Shown here: positions 62,334 through 64,000 of the stretch, piece by piece | How positions within the stretch are numbered: the first letter of the stretch is position 1 | Layout: each line of letters begins with the position of its first letter | Assembly: GCA_027923505.1 (NCBI GenBank) | Contig: BROI01000001.1 | Coordinates: 930,001-994,000, forward strand | Length of the DNA stretch: 64,000 nucleotides | Direction: 5' to 3' | Source of the DNA: Mayamaea pseudoterrestris | Taxonomy: Eukaryota | Position numbers and translations under genes: made by a program | Notes under the pieces: model-generated | Databases searched by the model: none | The model's input: only the letters and a program-made list of their open reading frames with translations | Told to the model about the DNA's origin: nothing

Positions 62334-64000
62334 TTACAGGTTTGCCAACTTTGTAATAACCAGCACCCAAGCGTGTTGGCAAGGAATATCGCTTGGAGTC
62401 AGCAGTGGCAGCGCAATGTCCATGCCAGATAATGGATCGAAAACTCCTTGATTGCGAAGCTGATAAGATATAGCCTTAATTCGACGGTTAATCTTCGCTG
62501 ATGTAGCATTTCCTGTCGTCTGAATATCGCCTCTCGCGTTGCCCCACCCCATGAGTCGAACCTTCGTTTCACTCGTCGGCACCGGACACTCCAATCGTAA
62601 AATATTGTCCTGCGGCCACTTGGTCATGATGACATGAAGCTGCTTGCGGTCCTTGCTCGTCGTATAGTAGGCGACGGTTTCGTTGCTGCCCCCGTCGATA
62701 CTGTGATCCGTTTCATTTTGGCAAACTTTCCACGGACGGCTCTTGTAAATGGCGTCACCATTTACCTTGAGCCACTCGCCCATGCCAAGTAGACGATCCG
62801 CAAAGATTGGCGCAATTGTTCCGTCGGCGCTGGGTCCTACGTTGAGCAGCAAGTTTCCATTTTTGCTTACGACTTGAGCAAGACTATCAACGAGCTCCTT
62901 GGTCGTCATGTAGTCACTAATTGAAGCCTTACGATTGAAGCCCCAGCTGTTCTTGTCAATGGTCATGGCCTGTGTAATGAGCGGAATAACCAAAAATGAG
63001 CGAAACCGGACAATGGAGCCGCCATTCACCCAGCAACGTGATAGCCTTTCAACATAAATACTGTATACGTACATCCTCCCACTTGGTTTGCATTAATGCG
63101 TCCGGCTGGTACCGATCCGTACAAGTCAAGAAACCTCCATGTTTACATAAGGTGTTGTTGCCCCAGCGATCGTTCCAAATCACCTTATCTCGCACGCTAC
63201 TCTTGGTCGACAACCACGTTAAGAACTCGCGAGCCTTCCAGTAGGTACTGGTCGTCTCCCACTCCCCGTCGCTCCAAATGACGGATGGCTCATAGCGATT
63301 GACAATGTCATAGAGCTCCTTCATTGACTTGCTCGTGACAAAATCGTCTGTTTGATAGTCGTTTTCCTTGTCCTGCAGGTACATTGGATTGAACCACTCA
63401 TACAAGGAGTGATATATTCCAAACTCGATTGGCTTGTTGGTATGCGGCGACGTTGCATTTTTGACTGCGACTGCCAATTCTCCGAGCAAGTCACGACGCG
63501 GTCCAACGTCCACCGAGTTCCAGTTCCACGTGGTTGGCACGGAAGCGCTCGAGTTCCAATTGCAAAAGCCTTCGTGGTGCTTGCTGGTGAAAACAACGTA
63601 CTGGGCGCCGGCTTGAGCAAATAGCGAGGCCCAGTCTTGGGGATTGTAGAATTCTGCTTTGAAGCGATGAACATAGTTTTGGTATACGAATCCAGGTGGC
63701 TCAGTGGCGTTGATAAAGTCATCAAATTCCTGTGATCAAAAATGAAGTGAAGTGAAATGAGCAACTGGCAACATGGACATGGACATGACTAATATATACT
63801 CGCCTTCCAATGCCATCCGTGCCAATACTCCCAAAACCATTCCGTTTTGAAGGCTGGAACACTAAAGACGCCCCAGTGAATGAAAATGCCAAACTTGGCG
63901 TCGTCGTACCATTCCGGAAGTGGACGGGCGTCGAGTTCAGCCCAAGACAAGACGTCGTCTTTGCTGGTGGCTTTCAAGGATGCAGCTGCAGCAATAGACG
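62334..64000 (-). CDS. FUCA: Alpha-L-fucosidase (GH29), 5' end outside the window; introns 63730-63803 and 62970-63072
   Basis: [66 protein letters not shown]. Confidence 0.95.

Noticed and set aside
1..64000. tRNA, rRNA or telomeric repeats
   Set aside because: None recognised by eye; tRNAscan-SE or Infernal would be needed to exclude small RNAs.

Overview
A compact, intron-containing eukaryotic window, most likely from a diatom: short spliceosomal introns, bipartite signal+transit N-termini ending in xAF/xSF, and stramenopile-type hypothetical proteins. It holds about 24 protein genes: 4-coumarate-CoA-ligase-like acyl-CoA synthetase, two GT77-like glycosyltransferase paralogs, MATE transporter, DUF493 protein, two SDRs, Gfo/Idh/MocA oxidoreductase, SEC11, TrmA/RlmD-type m5U methyltransferase, mitochondrial intermediate peptidase, ELMO-domain protein, GRASP, AP-4 epsilon, MsrA-like, prefoldin 4, Sin3, ABC-F, GH29 fucosidase and several hypotheticals. 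The main non-genic features are (i) a ~13 kb array of a 169-bp satellite carrying a 19-bp palindrome, with out-of-register multi-unit duplications and inverted degenerate copies at both borders, and (ii) a 1072-bp MITE with 15-bp TIRs, a CTG target-site duplication and palindromic 30-bp subterminal arrays, next to its own empty site. The most unusual protein is a predicted ~1200-aa fusion of three CRAL-TRIO/Sec14-like domains with a bZIP. All family assignments come from motif recognition by eye; no searches were run.
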